This document shows, in pieces, positions 9,558 to 19,383 of a stretch of 64,000 nt of DNA. Each line of letters opens with the position of its first letter. The stretch's first letter is position 1. The stretch spans positions 192,001-256,000 of the IMG/VR virus record IMGVR_UViG_3300048861_000178. One strand, 5' to 3'. The stretch comes from a virus (lineage: Duplodnaviria; Caudoviricetes). A program made the position numbers and the translations under genes. A model generated the notes under the pieces. The model saw only the letters and a list, made by a program, of their open reading frames with translations. It was not told the DNA's origin and ran no database searches.

Positions 9558-11918
9558 ATGGCCGCGACAACTAGTACCTCGAATCAGTATCAGGTCTATC
9601 TCGACAGTGTACTCGCGTTGGCCCGATACATTGTCGTCAAGTCGTCAGCCGTGGCTGATGCAATCAACACGTATATCAGCGGCGTTTATGGGGTAGATCA
9701 GGTCAATGACCTGGACCCCACGACGTGGCGCTACTATATGAATTTGTCTGGCCAGTATCACTTCGCCGACACGATGATGTATGTCGTCTCGATGGATACG
9801 CTAGAAACGATCGAATTCACGGTCGAGAATCTGGCGCTACACCGCGCGACGGCGAAGGCCTACCAGTTTGGCCAACGTGACTATCTGGCGCTGGTGGCCC
9901 AGTATCCGACCCAGGTCACCCTCATCAACGGGATCTTGAATCCGGTTGACATCGACGACGCCATCACCGCCGCCGATGGGAAGATCTTGGCCTACCCGAG
10001 TAGCCTGGTCGAATTCAATGAGTACAGCCTCATCGACAAGCTGCAGCGCTGGATCGACGGCTTCAAAACGCGCTGGGTGAATCTCGCCTACACGGTCTCA
10101 GACGACATGTACGTCCCCTTTACCCTGGGGATCATGTACGCGTTGCTGCCGCAGGTGATTTTGTCGCTGCGCCTGGAAGCCTGTAAGACCAATGAGGCGC
10201 ATAGCTTTCACGTGCGTCAGTACCTCCTGAGCCATGGCCTGCTGGATCTGTACCTCGATCAGCTGACGACCAAACAGTCGCTCGAGCTATATCGGAACAT
10301 CAACTACCTGGAGCGTAACGCCGGGCAGTCGGAGATCTTCGAGTGGCTCGTGGACCATATCATGACCGAGCGTAATTTGCCCCTGGCAAAGTACACCATG
10401 CGGCATGACGTGTCTCAGATGCCTACGGATCTCTATCCGACCATTACGTTTACGCGTGATCCGGTCAATCTGGGCTACAACCTGGATAGCATCAATGAGA
10501 TCACGCTGGACGAGATGCTGATCAAGGAACGACCCGTTGCGCGTGACAATGAGAAGTACGAGGGCGACTACGAGCCGAAGATTCTGGAGGCGATGCAAAA
10601 TTCGCTCTCCAATGAGTTGCCGACCAAGGCGCTTGAGTCGTCGATGATCGACTACACGGGCAGCGTCAAGTATCCGCTCTCCGAAATCCTGGTCAACAAC
10701 TGGTTGTGGCTCTCAAGCCTGGGGTATTACAATTCGGCCGTGCAGTTCACCAATCCAGCCACCGGTGAGACGGTGCCTTTGTTTGCGAAGGATGCGTTCT
10801 GTCTCGCCTGGTATGCACTGAACGCTTCGATTGGGATTACGCTCGATGTGATCCCGCCGATGTTTGCGCAGCGCGTGCCGCGCCTGCCGACACCCAGCGT
10901 CGACGCGATGGCAGCAGTCTGTGACATGAGCAAGGTGGATCGGGCGACGTTGCAGGAGATCCATGACTTGATGCCGTTGATCAAGCCATCGTCGACCTTC
11001 CTCTCGACCGAGGCGTTCTATAGCCTGTGTCAGCAGATCTACACCGCAGCCAATCAGCAAGACGGTTTGGTGTCGTATCAGGAACACATGGAAGTGCGCG
11101 GCTATGTGAAGAATGCCACCTCGCTCTTGTGGAGCGACAATCTGTGCTACGTCGCTGATCCGGGGGATAACTACTCGGCTTGGTTTGCAGCGCGCAACCT
11201 GGACGTGGCAGCGTTCTCGCAAACCGAGTGGGGTTCACTCTACGCGGAAATCGTCGCGCACGCCACGGGTCAGGATCTCATCACCACGCCCAGTGTCGCG
11301 AATATCCAGAAGGCGATGATTGGCATGATGGAGCAGCTCTCGAGCTACTCGATTCAATTCATGTCCAACATCAACGATTCGACTATCGTGCCCGGTGAAT
11401 GGGCGGCGATTCGAGTCGGGGATGCGCGCGGTCATCAGGCCAACGAGATGGATGCAACGGATCTTGGTGTACGGGCGCTCGATCAACACCCGCACTTTAA
11501 GAATTCGCTTGAGAACCAGGTGACCAAGTACACGCCGATCCATGATCGACATGTGTCTATGGCCAACCACGTGAAACTGGCGATCAAGAATCCGTGGCAT
11601 GAAGTCAGCAGCAACTTGCAGCACACCTTCTTCAATGCAGGTAAGGTGCGCTTTAGGATGCATGATTGCGACTGCGCCGCGCCTAACCCCAGTCAGGCGA
11701 TTGTGGTGCCGGGCTTGTGTGACTGGCTGAATCTGCCTGCAGGCGAGCAGCAAAAGATCACGGACATCTGGGGCAATGACTTCCAACCCACAGTGCCGGA
11801 TAACCAAACGACGATGCTGTCGAGCGTAATTCGTACCGGCTATCTCACCGGTTTGATTTACCACCAGCCCGATGGAACGATTAACGTCATTCCACAGCTC
11901 GACCTCGATGGCTTTTAA
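9558..11918 (+). CDS. Virion structural protein (phiKZ gp128-like, probably baseplate)
   Basis: WRYYMNLSGQYH, CKTNEAHSFHVRQYL, LYRNINYL, LSSYSIQF motifs typical of this phiKZ-family protein. Confidence 0.65.
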   Translation: MAATTSTSNQYQVYLDSVLALARYIVVKSSAVADAINTYISGVYGVDQVNDLDPTTWRYYMNLSGQYHFADTMMYVVSMDTLETIEFTVENLALHRATAKAYQFGQRDYLALVAQYPTQVTLINGILNPVDIDDAITAADGKILAYPSSLVEFNEYSLIDKLQRWIDGFKTRWVNLAYTVSDDMYVPFTLGIMYALLPQVILSLRLEACKTNEAHSFHVRQYLLSHGLLDLYLDQLTTKQSLELYRNINYLERNAGQSEIFEWLVDHIMTERNLPLAKYTMRHDVSQMPTDLYPTITFTRDPVNLGYNLDSINEITLDEMLIKERPVARDNEKYEGDYEPKILEAMQNSLSNELPTKALESSMIDYTGSVKYPLSEILVNNWLWLSSLGYYNSAVQFTNPATGETVPLFAKDAFCLAWYALNASIGITLDVIPPMFAQRVPRLPTPSVDAMAAVCDMSKVDRATLQEIHDLMPLIKPSSTFLSTEAFYSLCQQIYTAANQQDGLVSYQEHMEVRGYVKNATSLLWSDNLCYVADPGDNYSAWFAARNLDVAAFSQTEWGSLYAEIVAHATGQDLITTPSVANIQKAMIGMMEQLSSYSIQFMSNINDSTIVPGEWAAIRVGDARGHQANEMDATDLGVRALDQHPHFKNSLENQVTKYTPIHDRHVSMANHVKLAIKNPWHEVSSNLQHTFFNAGKVRFRMHDCDCAAPNPSQAIVVPGLCDWLNLPAGEQQKITDIWGNDFQPTVPDNQTTMLSSVIRTGYLTGLIYHQPDGTINVIPQLDLDGF

Positions 11919-11984
11919 GCACGGGCCAATTGATCGCAAATAGTGTGATTAAGTAATCTGTGACACCCTTTTTCAGGTAAGAGA

Positions 11985-12869
11985 ATGGACAATATCGTAC
12001 GCACCGTGTACGGCAGCTATCTGCAGTCGTGCCAGCTCTTGGGGCTGCCGTTTGCACTGGCTACCAACAGCACGCTGAATGAAAAGTTTCAAGTGCAGCC
12101 GGGCGTTCTGCCCAACTCCGGGGTGCTGCCGACCTGCCGTTACTTTGCGATCGGTAATGGTGGTCACAAGCTGAACATCACCAATGGGTTGTACATCCCT
12201 GAGCCGATCCAGCACTTGACGACCGACGCAGCGCTCTACAACCACCTGCCGTTCGTGCTGCGGGAACCCACCAACGATTTGACGTCGGCCCAACAAGCCG
12301 CGTACGGTCTGCGCGTGGCGGAAACGCACAACGGCGTCAACTACATCGCCTACTACCTGAAGCGCATCGACTTTACGGGTGTGGCGGTTTCGATGCAGTA
12401 CAAGACGGTCAATGCAGACGGCTCGGTCACCACCACGCCGTTCCAGCCCGATACGTCGAACCTGAATCCGAACCCGCAAGCCCTGTCGCCCACCGGCGTG
12501 AATGTGGCTACCGGCGACTACGTGATGGCCTCGGCACCGGTACCGATTACGCTCACTGCTGATGACGTCACGGAAATTTTGAACGTCGCTAACATCATTT
12601 ATGGTGATCCGAACGCTGCGATCGTTTCCGAAATTGCGCTAGTCTCCGGCGTGGACAAGGTCATTGCAGTGGGTGGATCGGGACAACCCACGTTCAACTT
12701 CAAGGAAGTCATCGCCGCGCAAGTGGACACGTTTATCAATACCTTCTATGCGCTGAACTTCAGCCAAGACGGCGTCGAGAACGTGGTCGACTGTGGCGCG
12801 GTGGAACCCCTGTACAAGCTCACCTCCGGGACGGGCACGACATCGGGTTCGCAGACTACCACCAGCTGA
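11985..12869 (+). CDS. Virion structural protein (phiKZ gp139-like)
   Basis: TLNEKF, YFAIGNGG, PFVLR...DL, YIAYYLK motifs; lies before RuvC. Confidence 0.6.
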   Translation: MDNIVRTVYGSYLQSCQLLGLPFALATNSTLNEKFQVQPGVLPNSGVLPTCRYFAIGNGGHKLNITNGLYIPEPIQHLTTDAALYNHLPFVLREPTNDLTSAQQAAYGLRVAETHNGVNYIAYYLKRIDFTGVAVSMQYKTVNADGSVTTTPFQPDTSNLNPNPQALSPTGVNVATGDYVMASAPVPITLTADDVTEILNVANIIYGDPNAAIVSEIALVSGVDKVIAVGGSGQPTFNFKEVIAAQVDTFINTFYALNFSQDGVENVVDCGAVEPLYKLTSGTGTTSGSQTTTS

Positions 12870-12878
12870 GGCTAAGGC

Positions 12879-13457
12879 ATGTTAGTAATACCGGAAGGTG
12901 CATCCCCCATCGGATGCATCGTCGGTATCGATCCTGGGAGCGAGACACTTGGAATGGGTGCCTTGAGAGTAGACGTAGTGAAGCTCGAAATCATCGAGAG
13001 CACTGCGTTTACTTTCGTCGGGTCGAAACTGGCGAAAGACACCTGGTTTGGCGACACCCATGGTGCACGGGCTGAGCGTATTGCAGCCCACGAAGATAAC
13101 CTGGTGGAAATCTTCGAGTATTACCGTCCTAACCTAGTTGCATCAGAGTCTCCGTTTTACAGTCAATTTCGACCTCAGGCATACGGCGCATTGACAGAGA
13201 CTGTCGATGCGATCCGGAGTGCCTTATGGCGATACGACTGCTGGCTGTCGCTCTTTATGATCGACCCGCCCAGCGTGAAGAAAGCCGTGGGGGCAACCTC
13301 ACACGCGAAGAAGGATGAAGTCAAGGCAGCACTGATGCGTCTACCGGATTTAAACTACAACGGACCGGTGCCGCTTGAGATGCTGGATGAGCACTCGATC
13401 GACGCGCTCGCCGTGGCGTACTGTCGACTTAAAATCCTACGGGAGCAACACAGATGA
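12879..13457 (+). CDS. ruvC: Holliday junction resolvase, RuvC-like
   Basis: VGIDPG, ESPF, PPSVKKAVG, KDEV, DEHSIDALAVA catalytic pattern. Confidence 0.85.
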   Translation: MLVIPEGASPIGCIVGIDPGSETLGMGALRVDVVKLEIIESTAFTFVGSKLAKDTWFGDTHGARAERIAAHEDNLVEIFEYYRPNLVASESPFYSQFRPQAYGALTETVDAIRSALWRYDCWLSLFMIDPPSVKKAVGATSHAKKDEVKAALMRLPDLNYNGPVPLEMLDEHSIDALAVAYCRLKILREQHR

Positions 13458-13999
13458 GCACCCTCACATGGCAAATCAAACTCGCGATCGGGGCAGCAAT
13501 TATCGCGGTTATCGGACTGCTCGGCTGGTTCGCAGTGCACGAGTATCACACCGTGCTCAGTGATAACCAGAAGATCGGTTCAGACGCTGTGGTCATCAAA
13601 GGCCAGGCAACCACGATCGTTCAGCAGGCGAGTACCGCTGCGGTGACCGATGCGGTGGTGGCTTCGTCGGTGAAGGCCGATCAAGCAGCGGCTGCCACGG
13701 GTAGCAAGATCGACGCGTGGGTCGCAGACCAGACCAAGCAGATCGATTCGAAGTACGCCAATCCGACGACGAGTGTTGTCGCTCCGGCGACGTCGGTGTC
13801 GAGCACCGCCTCGAGCGCAGTGAAGCCTAAACCAGTTGTGCCGGTCAAGACCATTACCAGTGATCAAGCCGGTGACGTTGTGCCCGTGGGGCGTGACGCC
13901 GAAGTAAGCGCCGTTCAGCTCACGGGGAGTTGGATGAAGTATTGTGCGGCTATTGACAACGCTGATGCCAAGTGCACAGCACTGCCGCAAGCTCAGTAA
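13454..13999 (+). CDS. Putative inner-membrane spanin (Rz-like)
   Basis: Single N-terminal TM helix, Ala-rich periplasmic region, C-terminal Cys pair; followed by a lipoprotein. Confidence 0.55.
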   Translation: MSTLTWQIKLAIGAAIIAVIGLLGWFAVHEYHTVLSDNQKIGSDAVVIKGQATTIVQQASTAAVTDAVVASSVKADQAAAATGSKIDAWVADQTKQIDSKYANPTTSVVAPATSVSSTASSAVKPKPVVPVKTITSDQAGDVVPVGRDAEVSAVQLTGSWMKYCAAIDNADAKCTALPQAQ

Positions 14000-14015
14000 G
14001 AAGCGAGAGACCATC

Positions 14016-14348
14016 ATGAAAAAGACAATCCTGGCTGTGCTGGTGACAGCAAGCCTGGCGGGGTGTGCACAAACCTGTGTACCGGAACTGAAGAACCTGT
14101 ACGTCGCGCCACCTGACGCGCTGCTCGTGAAGGCCACGGTGGAAGCCCCACCTGATCAAACGAGCTACGGCACGCTCTCCTGGAAGCAGCGCAGCGACCT
14201 GTGGGAATCGAAGTACGATGCGCAAACGGCCAACGTCGCCACGGCCAATCGTCACATCGGTTCCTTGCAGGATTGGAAAACGCAGAACAACGCCGTCTTT
14301 GCGGCATCTCCGCAAGGGGCAAGCAATGTTAGTGGAACGCGTCCTTAA
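14016..14348 (+). CDS. Putative outer-membrane spanin lipoprotein (Rz1-like)
   Basis: Signal peptide II MKKTILAVLVTASLAG|C; Pro-rich YVAPPDALL...APP; helical C-terminus ending LQDWK. Confidence 0.65.
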   Translation: MKKTILAVLVTASLAGCAQTCVPELKNLYVAPPDALLVKATVEAPPDQTSYGTLSWKQRSDLWESKYDAQTANVATANRHIGSLQDWKTQNNAVFAASPQGASNVSGTRP

Positions 14349-14817
14349 GGGGATCAGCGACACGCGTGCGGTTTCGGACCACAAGCCAGGACGTCTGCCG
14401 GTGGATGTCTTGGTAGAAGCCTACAACAAGAAGGTTGCGCATGTCGATGAGCTGCCGAACATGACACCTCTGTCAACCGGACGAGAGTTGAAGGAGGCCA
14501 TTCTTGCGATGGACTCTGAAGACCAAGTCGAACTGCTGTATGTGTACTTGCAAGCAAGCGGTGAGCTTCCTGGTCCGCTGCCGGGCGTCCCAGTACCGAA
14601 GCCCGAGGTCGAGACGGAGGATCAGGAAGACCACAAGCTGAAGATCTTCCTCACGAAGGTAACCATTCTGCTCGCCTCGGCTGTCATCCTGATCGTGACT
14701 GGGGCTACGGCGATGGTCGCCGTCCGTGAAGGTCATGCTGCCAACAACCCCGCCCTGGTCGCACTCTGGCACACCGCCAAAGAAGTGCTTACCGTCATCA
14801 CTGGCGGAGAAGACTAA
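14326..14817 (+). CDS. Membrane protein (possible holin-like)
   Basis: C-terminal hydrophobic segment plus amphipathic helix; adjacent to spanin pair; holin role unproven. Confidence 0.45.
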   Translation: MLVERVLKGISDTRAVSDHKPGRLPVDVLVEAYNKKVAHVDELPNMTPLSTGRELKEAILAMDSEDQVELLYVYLQASGELPGPLPGVPVPKPEVETEDQEDHKLKIFLTKVTILLASAVILIVTGATAMVAVREGHAANNPALVALWHTAKEVLTVITGGED

Positions 14818-14845
14818 ACCAGCGTGTAACAATTGGAGTAATACA

Positions 14846-16729
14846 ATGCGCCGTCAACTTCAACGACTGGCTCTGGAGAATGCGTTTATCAACGTGAATC
14901 AACCGCCTTCGCACGAAGACGCACTGATCATGTCGTTTCGCAAAGAGTTCGGTCACCTGTATCCGACGCCGCCGGTAGTGATTGAACACAATCCGATCGG
15001 TCGCCCGTATCTGGCCATGGAAGAAATCGCCAATGGTCAGCCGGTGAACGAAATCGAGCACACGATCTACGCGCGCGTGGTGAACTTCTCTGACCTCGAG
15101 CAAGCCGCGTCGAAGGAAAACCAGGAACAGTGGGAAATCCGGATCGAGAAGACCGAGAAGATCGCCGGGAAGGGTTCCATGCGCGTGCGCAAGACCTGGC
15201 TCGATGGCAAGGAAGAGGAAGCGACGTTCGTCCGTACCTCGAAGGTTGTGATGAACGAAAAGGGTGACAAGATCGAGTTGCCCATGCCGTCCAATAAGGA
15301 CGAGTTCACCATCTTCAAGTTCCTCGCGGCCCAAGGCATGCGCAAGGTGCGCTACACCTTCCCGATTATCGGCACGAACCTGAAGTGGGAAATCGACATG
15401 TTCCCCAAGCCTGATGGCGACGGGTTCTTCGAGTGGTGCAAGATCGATCTGGAAGTGCAGAACCGCGAACAGCCGATTCCTGAGTTTCCGATTCCGCTGG
15501 AAGATGTGATTCTGCCCGAAGGCTACGGTCGCACTGGGGGCGGGGAAGTGCAGAACCAGATCACCCAGCTCTACGATCAGTTCTTCCTGCTCAAGAACCA
15601 GTTCTTGCCGCGCGGTGATGTAGCTCCGGCAGTGGGTTCGGCCAGTGCAGGCGACCAGGGTCTCGCGACTGCGGTTCCGGCCTTGCCTAACGATACGGCT
15701 GAACCGCAACAGCTCCAAGCGCCTAGCAGTGCGAGCGATGAAGCTCCGGCTCCGGCCGTGCAAGACATCGCACCTCAGCCTGCTGCTTCGACGGCGCAAA
15801 ACCCCCAGCAACAACTGGATCAGGCGCTCAATCAAGGCATTCCGGATAACCTGCAAGTGCAACCCGAACCGCCCGTGCAAGAACCCGTGACGGCGGAACT
15901 GCCGCAACAGGCTCAAGCCGAAGAACCGGCGCAAGTCGATTCGACGGTGGCGCAGACACCTGCACCGAACGAAACTCCGGCGCAAACTGAACAGCCCGAA
16001 GGCGAAGCCGCTCAAGCCGAGGGTACGCCGCTGGAGCAGCCTGAGCAACCGGATGTGAGCTCGCCTAGCGACACCCCGGACGAACTGGCCACCAAGCCGC
16101 AAGCCGGGAATGAACCGCCTGTTGATGACAGTGACTCCACGGCCTCTACGCCTGAAGAGCAACAGGAGCAACAGGAAGAACAGACCCAGGAGCAAACCGA
16201 AGATAAAGTCGAAGCCATTCAGCAACAGAAGAAGGCCGAAGCCGAATCCCAAGGTAAGCTCGATCCGACCGAAGATGGCAAGGTGCCGGTGGACCTCATC
16301 GATAACCCCGCTGGGGACCCGTCGATGATGAAGCCCGATGACCAAGACAATCCGGAAGGGGCAGGCGAAGAAACCGCCAATGGCGGCAACGTCACAGGTG
16401 CAACTGATGGTACTAACCCGGATGAGAATGGTGCAGGCACGGGCGATGGTCTGGGTGGTGAACTGGCAGATGGGGCAGGTACCACGGGCACGGATGACGA
16501 CGCACTGGATTTGACCAGCGCGGATGCGACCGACCCGGCCAGTGAAGAAGGTACGGTACCGACTTCTACCTCAGGGACCGCTGAAGGCAACAATGGTTCG
16601 GGCGAAGACATCGACCAAGCCAATGGTGAACAAGCGGGAGTAGCGAACGTGCCGTCCAAGGCCGAGACCGACGAGATTCCGCCGGAGAACGATCAGGACA
16701 AGCGTAAGCTCGAAGCCCAAACGCAGTAA
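14846..16729 (+). CDS. CYTH (triphosphate tunnel metalloenzyme)-like domain protein with long acidic low-complexity tail; probable head protein
   Basis: GGAG RBS; NEIEH, QEQWE, RVRK, RKVRYTF, WEIDMF, IDLEV; N-terminal ALE/AME motifs; tail rich in E/D/Q/P/A/G/T. Confidence 0.65.
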   Translation: MRRQLQRLALENAFINVNQPPSHEDALIMSFRKEFGHLYPTPPVVIEHNPIGRPYLAMEEIANGQPVNEIEHTIYARVVNFSDLEQAASKENQEQWEIRIEKTEKIAGKGSMRVRKTWLDGKEEEATFVRTSKVVMNEKGDKIELPMPSNKDEFTIFKFLAAQGMRKVRYTFPIIGTNLKWEIDMFPKPDGDGFFEWCKIDLEVQNREQPIPEFPIPLEDVILPEGYGRTGGGEVQNQITQLYDQFFLLKNQFLPRGDVAPAVGSASAGDQGLATAVPALPNDTAEPQQLQAPSSASDEAPAPAVQDIAPQPAASTAQNPQQQLDQALNQGIPDNLQVQPEPPVQEPVTAELPQQAQAEEPAQVDSTVAQTPAPNETPAQTEQPEGEAAQAEGTPLEQPEQPDVSSPSDTPDELATKPQAGNEPPVDDSDSTASTPEEQQEQQEEQTQEQTEDKVEAIQQQKKAEAESQGKLDPTEDGKVPVDLIDNPAGDPSMMKPDDQDNPEGAGEETANGGNVTGATDGTNPDENGAGTGDGLGGELADGAGTTGTDDDALDLTSADATDPASEEGTVPTSTSGTAEGNNGSGEDIDQANGEQAGVANVPSKAETDEIPPENDQDKRKLEAQTQ

Positions 16730-16772
16730 ATGCAGTAAACGCGCTGAGAGCCTCTCAGAGGCGCTGTCATAG

Positions 16773-16831
16773 CGGCATAAGGCCTTTCCCTACCCTCATG
16801 GTTGCGAGGGGTGGGAAAGGCCTCTATGACG
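16773..16831. terminator. Bidirectional element CGGCATAA-hairpin-CTATGACG
   Basis: GGCCTTTCCC...GGGAAAGGCC stem between convergent genes; no U-tract. Confidence 0.75.
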
Positions 16832-16845
16832 TTAACTGAAGGCTT

Positions 16846-17295
16846 CTAAGGTATCGTTACGACGGTCAGTTGCACTTGGCCGCTATAACAGAGCGATTCA
16901 GGCGTGGCTGCTAACACGACAGGCTCGGTGAGATCCGCGTACTGGGTATTCACGACGTCAGCTGCGGTGAGTTGCAACTGATAGGCTTGATTGATCGCCG
17001 GGAGCAGATCGACGATGTTAAACGGCAAGGCTGCGACCGTCAACGACACTGCAGGCAACAACACTTCATCCAGCGGCAAGCGTCGATACAGAATCTGCTG
17101 GCTACCTTCAAAGCGGTTATCCTCGATCTGGTCAGCGGTGACCGTAATCAAGGTATCCGGACCACACGAAGCGGCATTGCCGATCGCAGTCGGCGTGCCA
17201 AACTCCATGTAGTCCTGTTGCAACCAGAGGCCGTTACTGCGCCAGATCAGATCCAGCAGAATCTGTGCAGCGGGTTGGTTCAGATTAAGCTTCAT
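16846..17295 (-). CDS. Small tail-associated protein
   Basis: Last gene of the fibre operon; LYRRL and SLCYSG motifs resemble phiKZ-family tail-associated domains. Confidence 0.5.
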   Translation of the reverse strand: MKLNLNQPAAQILLDLIWRSNGLWLQQDYMEFGTPTAIGNAASCGPDTLITVTADQIEDNRFEGSQQILYRRLPLDEVLLPAVSLTVAALPFNIVDLLPAINQAYQLQLTAADVVNTQYADLTEPVVLAATPESLCYSGQVQLTVVTIP

Positions 17296-17304
17296 CGTGA
17301 GCCC

Positions 17305-17814
17305 TTAAGGAATCGCGGTGATGAGCACATTCACCCCAACGTCGGCCGCACCACCCCAGGGGTTATCATCGTTGTAGAAGATGGCCGTCCAGTCGTTGCT
17401 TGCGTCCGGTGCTTGTTGCAACGACACGTTCGAACGACCGGCGTACTTTTGCGGTGTACAGAATACCGTGCGGTACTGCGCGATCTTATCAATCGGTGCC
17501 ATCTGCAAATTACAGAACGACAAATGCGGACCGTGATCCCCGTTAAAGCCATACCCGTTATACGCACCAGTACGGAAGTTAAGCGACAGATAACCGTTGC
17601 GGTCGATGTACATCGCGTACTGGGCAAAGAGCGCATTGTTGTAGGTGGTCAGATTCGACTTACCGTACCAATACGACCAGGCGTATTGGCCGCCCGAGCC
17701 TACGCCTGCGAGCATCGAGATCGGCTGGCCAGCCGCGTCGTACTGCTGCTGACCAATCCCACACTCTGCCATCGCCTGTCCGATACTGATCGCGCCAGAG
17801 GATTGCATCGTCAT
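17305..17814 (-). CDS. Putative tail fibre tip adhesin (gp38-like N-terminus)
   Basis: MQSSGAIS...ECG...WSYWYGKS N-terminal module directly after an S74-chaperone fibre. Confidence 0.5.
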   Translation of the reverse strand: MTMQSSGAISIGQAMAECGIGQQQYDAAGQPISMLAGVGSGGQYAWSYWYGKSNLTTYNNALFAQYAMYIDRNGYLSLNFRTGAYNGYGFNGDHGPHLSFCNLQMAPIDKIAQYRTVFCTPQKYAGRSNVSLQQAPDASNDWTAIFYNDDNPWGGAADVGVNVLITAIP

Positions 17815-17817
17815 GGC

Positions 17818-19293
17818 TTACACTCCCAGTGATTGCAAGCGCACTTCGTGATCCTGCGTTTGCTGATCCAGTGCCTTGATACCTTCGACCAGCAGCGCCA
17901 CGAGCTTGTCGTACTTGATCGTGATGTAGTGCTGGCCCGAGATCGATCCGCCGGTGACTGGATCAATGTCAAACGGGGCTGGACCCACCAACTGCGGGGC
18001 CACTTCAAAGATCTGCTGCGCAAGCAGACCCATGTGCTCGGTGGTCGTGTCGCAGCCCGTCAGGTCCTGTGCCAACTGGTTGTGGGTATAGATAATCCCC
18101 ATGATCTTGCGGATCTTTTCCAGCGGCAGCTCGATCTGACGGATGTTTTCCTTCAGGCGTTCGTCAGACCAGAAGGCCCAGATGTCGTGTGCCGAGTAGA
18201 GCGTGCCGTTGGCCGTCACGTCCCAGAAGCTCACCGACTGGTTAATCCCCGAATAAGCGATCGTGTTACCGATCACCACCCGTGCATTGATCTGGTTCTG
18301 CAGGTTCTGGACGTTCGATTGCAGCTCGTTGTACGACACCATGCCACCGATGTCGGTCGAGTCCACTTGCAGGCGCAGCCGTGAACCATCCCAACCCAGA
18401 TAGATCTTGTTGGACCCTTGATTGGCCCCGCCGCCTTGCTGCACAGGCGTAAAGCCGATCTTCACGGCGTTGGTCGCGTTGGCGATCTTCGTATCGATGG
18501 TCGGACCATCGTACGTATTGAGCTGCGCAACCGTTACACCGTGCGGGTTGTTCCGGTTGGCGATGTGGTTGGTCACCGCCGTATTGATCGGCGTGGTGAT
18601 CGCATCGGCCTGCGGCTTGGTGTAAACGTTCAGCTGCGCGGCGCTGACCTTGTGCGGATTGTTGAAGTCCGTCAAGTGAGCGTTGAAAGCGGTATTGCCC
18701 GAATCGATTTCCGCTTGCAGCACTTGTTGCACGTGATCGATGTACGCGTAAATCTGATCGTACTGAGCACTATCGCCCACTTCGATCGCATCGCGCAGAC
18801 GGTCAATCGCATGCACCAGATACTCGAAGCCGTAGACGTCACCAATGTCGTGCAAGTGGAACGCAGGCGGGAACGCGCTCGGACGACCCAGGATGTCACC
18901 CCAGGCAACCGGGCGGGTATCCAGTTGCAGGTTTTCGATCTGCTGGATAATCGCTTGCGCGGAGGTACCGTACGGGCCACCCAGCGTTTGATACTGCAGC
19001 GACACCTGATTGCTGACCGCGGGGTCGGTGATCAAGATGACCGCACAGATCTCTTTGCCGTAACGCGCAGTCGGCAGCTCGTACATTTCTGCCGCATAGT
19101 ACTGGCTGGTGGTGAGCGGCTGGTTGGTCGCCATGTCCGTGATGACCAGCGACTCGGTAAAGAAGGCCCCGTAGAACGGCGCGATTGCGCGCACATTACG
19201 GTTAGCGGTCAGGTTTTGAATTTCACCCGTGACCAGATTGTTAGGGCTTACGCCCGTCGGGTCCAGCGGATACCGAATGAGAAGCGGCGTCAT
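17818..19293 (-). CDS. Tail fibre protein with C-terminal peptidase S74 intramolecular chaperone
   Basis: phiKZ-type N-terminus (YPLDPTG...APFYGAFF), NPHxV repeats, GFTPVQQGGG...KIYLGW, WSDERLKENI, GLLAQ, YDKLVALLVEGIK coil. Confidence 0.8.
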   Translation of the reverse strand: MTPLLIRYPLDPTGVSPNNLVTGEIQNLTANRNVRAIAPFYGAFFTESLVITDMATNQPLTTSQYYAAEMYELPTARYGKEICAVILITDPAVSNQVSLQYQTLGGPYGTSAQAIIQQIENLQLDTRPVAWGDILGRPSAFPPAFHLHDIGDVYGFEYLVHAIDRLRDAIEVGDSAQYDQIYAYIDHVQQVLQAEIDSGNTAFNAHLTDFNNPHKVSAAQLNVYTKPQADAITTPINTAVTNHIANRNNPHGVTVAQLNTYDGPTIDTKIANATNAVKIGFTPVQQGGGANQGSNKIYLGWDGSRLRLQVDSTDIGGMVSYNELQSNVQNLQNQINARVVIGNTIAYSGINQSVSFWDVTANGTLYSAHDIWAFWSDERLKENIRQIELPLEKIRKIMGIIYTHNQLAQDLTGCDTTTEHMGLLAQQIFEVAPQLVGPAPFDIDPVTGGSISGQHYITIKYDKLVALLVEGIKALDQQTQDHEVRLQSLGV

Positions 19294-19322
19294 TTGTTTA
19301 CTAACTCCTAATCTTGTCCGAA

Positions 19323-19364
19323 CGACACAATCACCTCTGGCCAGGACGACCCCAGCCAGAGGTG
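19323..19364 (-). terminator. Gene-end hairpin followed on the minus strand by TTGTGTCG
   Basis: CACCTCTGGC...GCCAGAGGTG between two minus-strand genes. Confidence 0.55.
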
Positions 19365-19383
19365 TGTTGCATCGCGCTATTTA

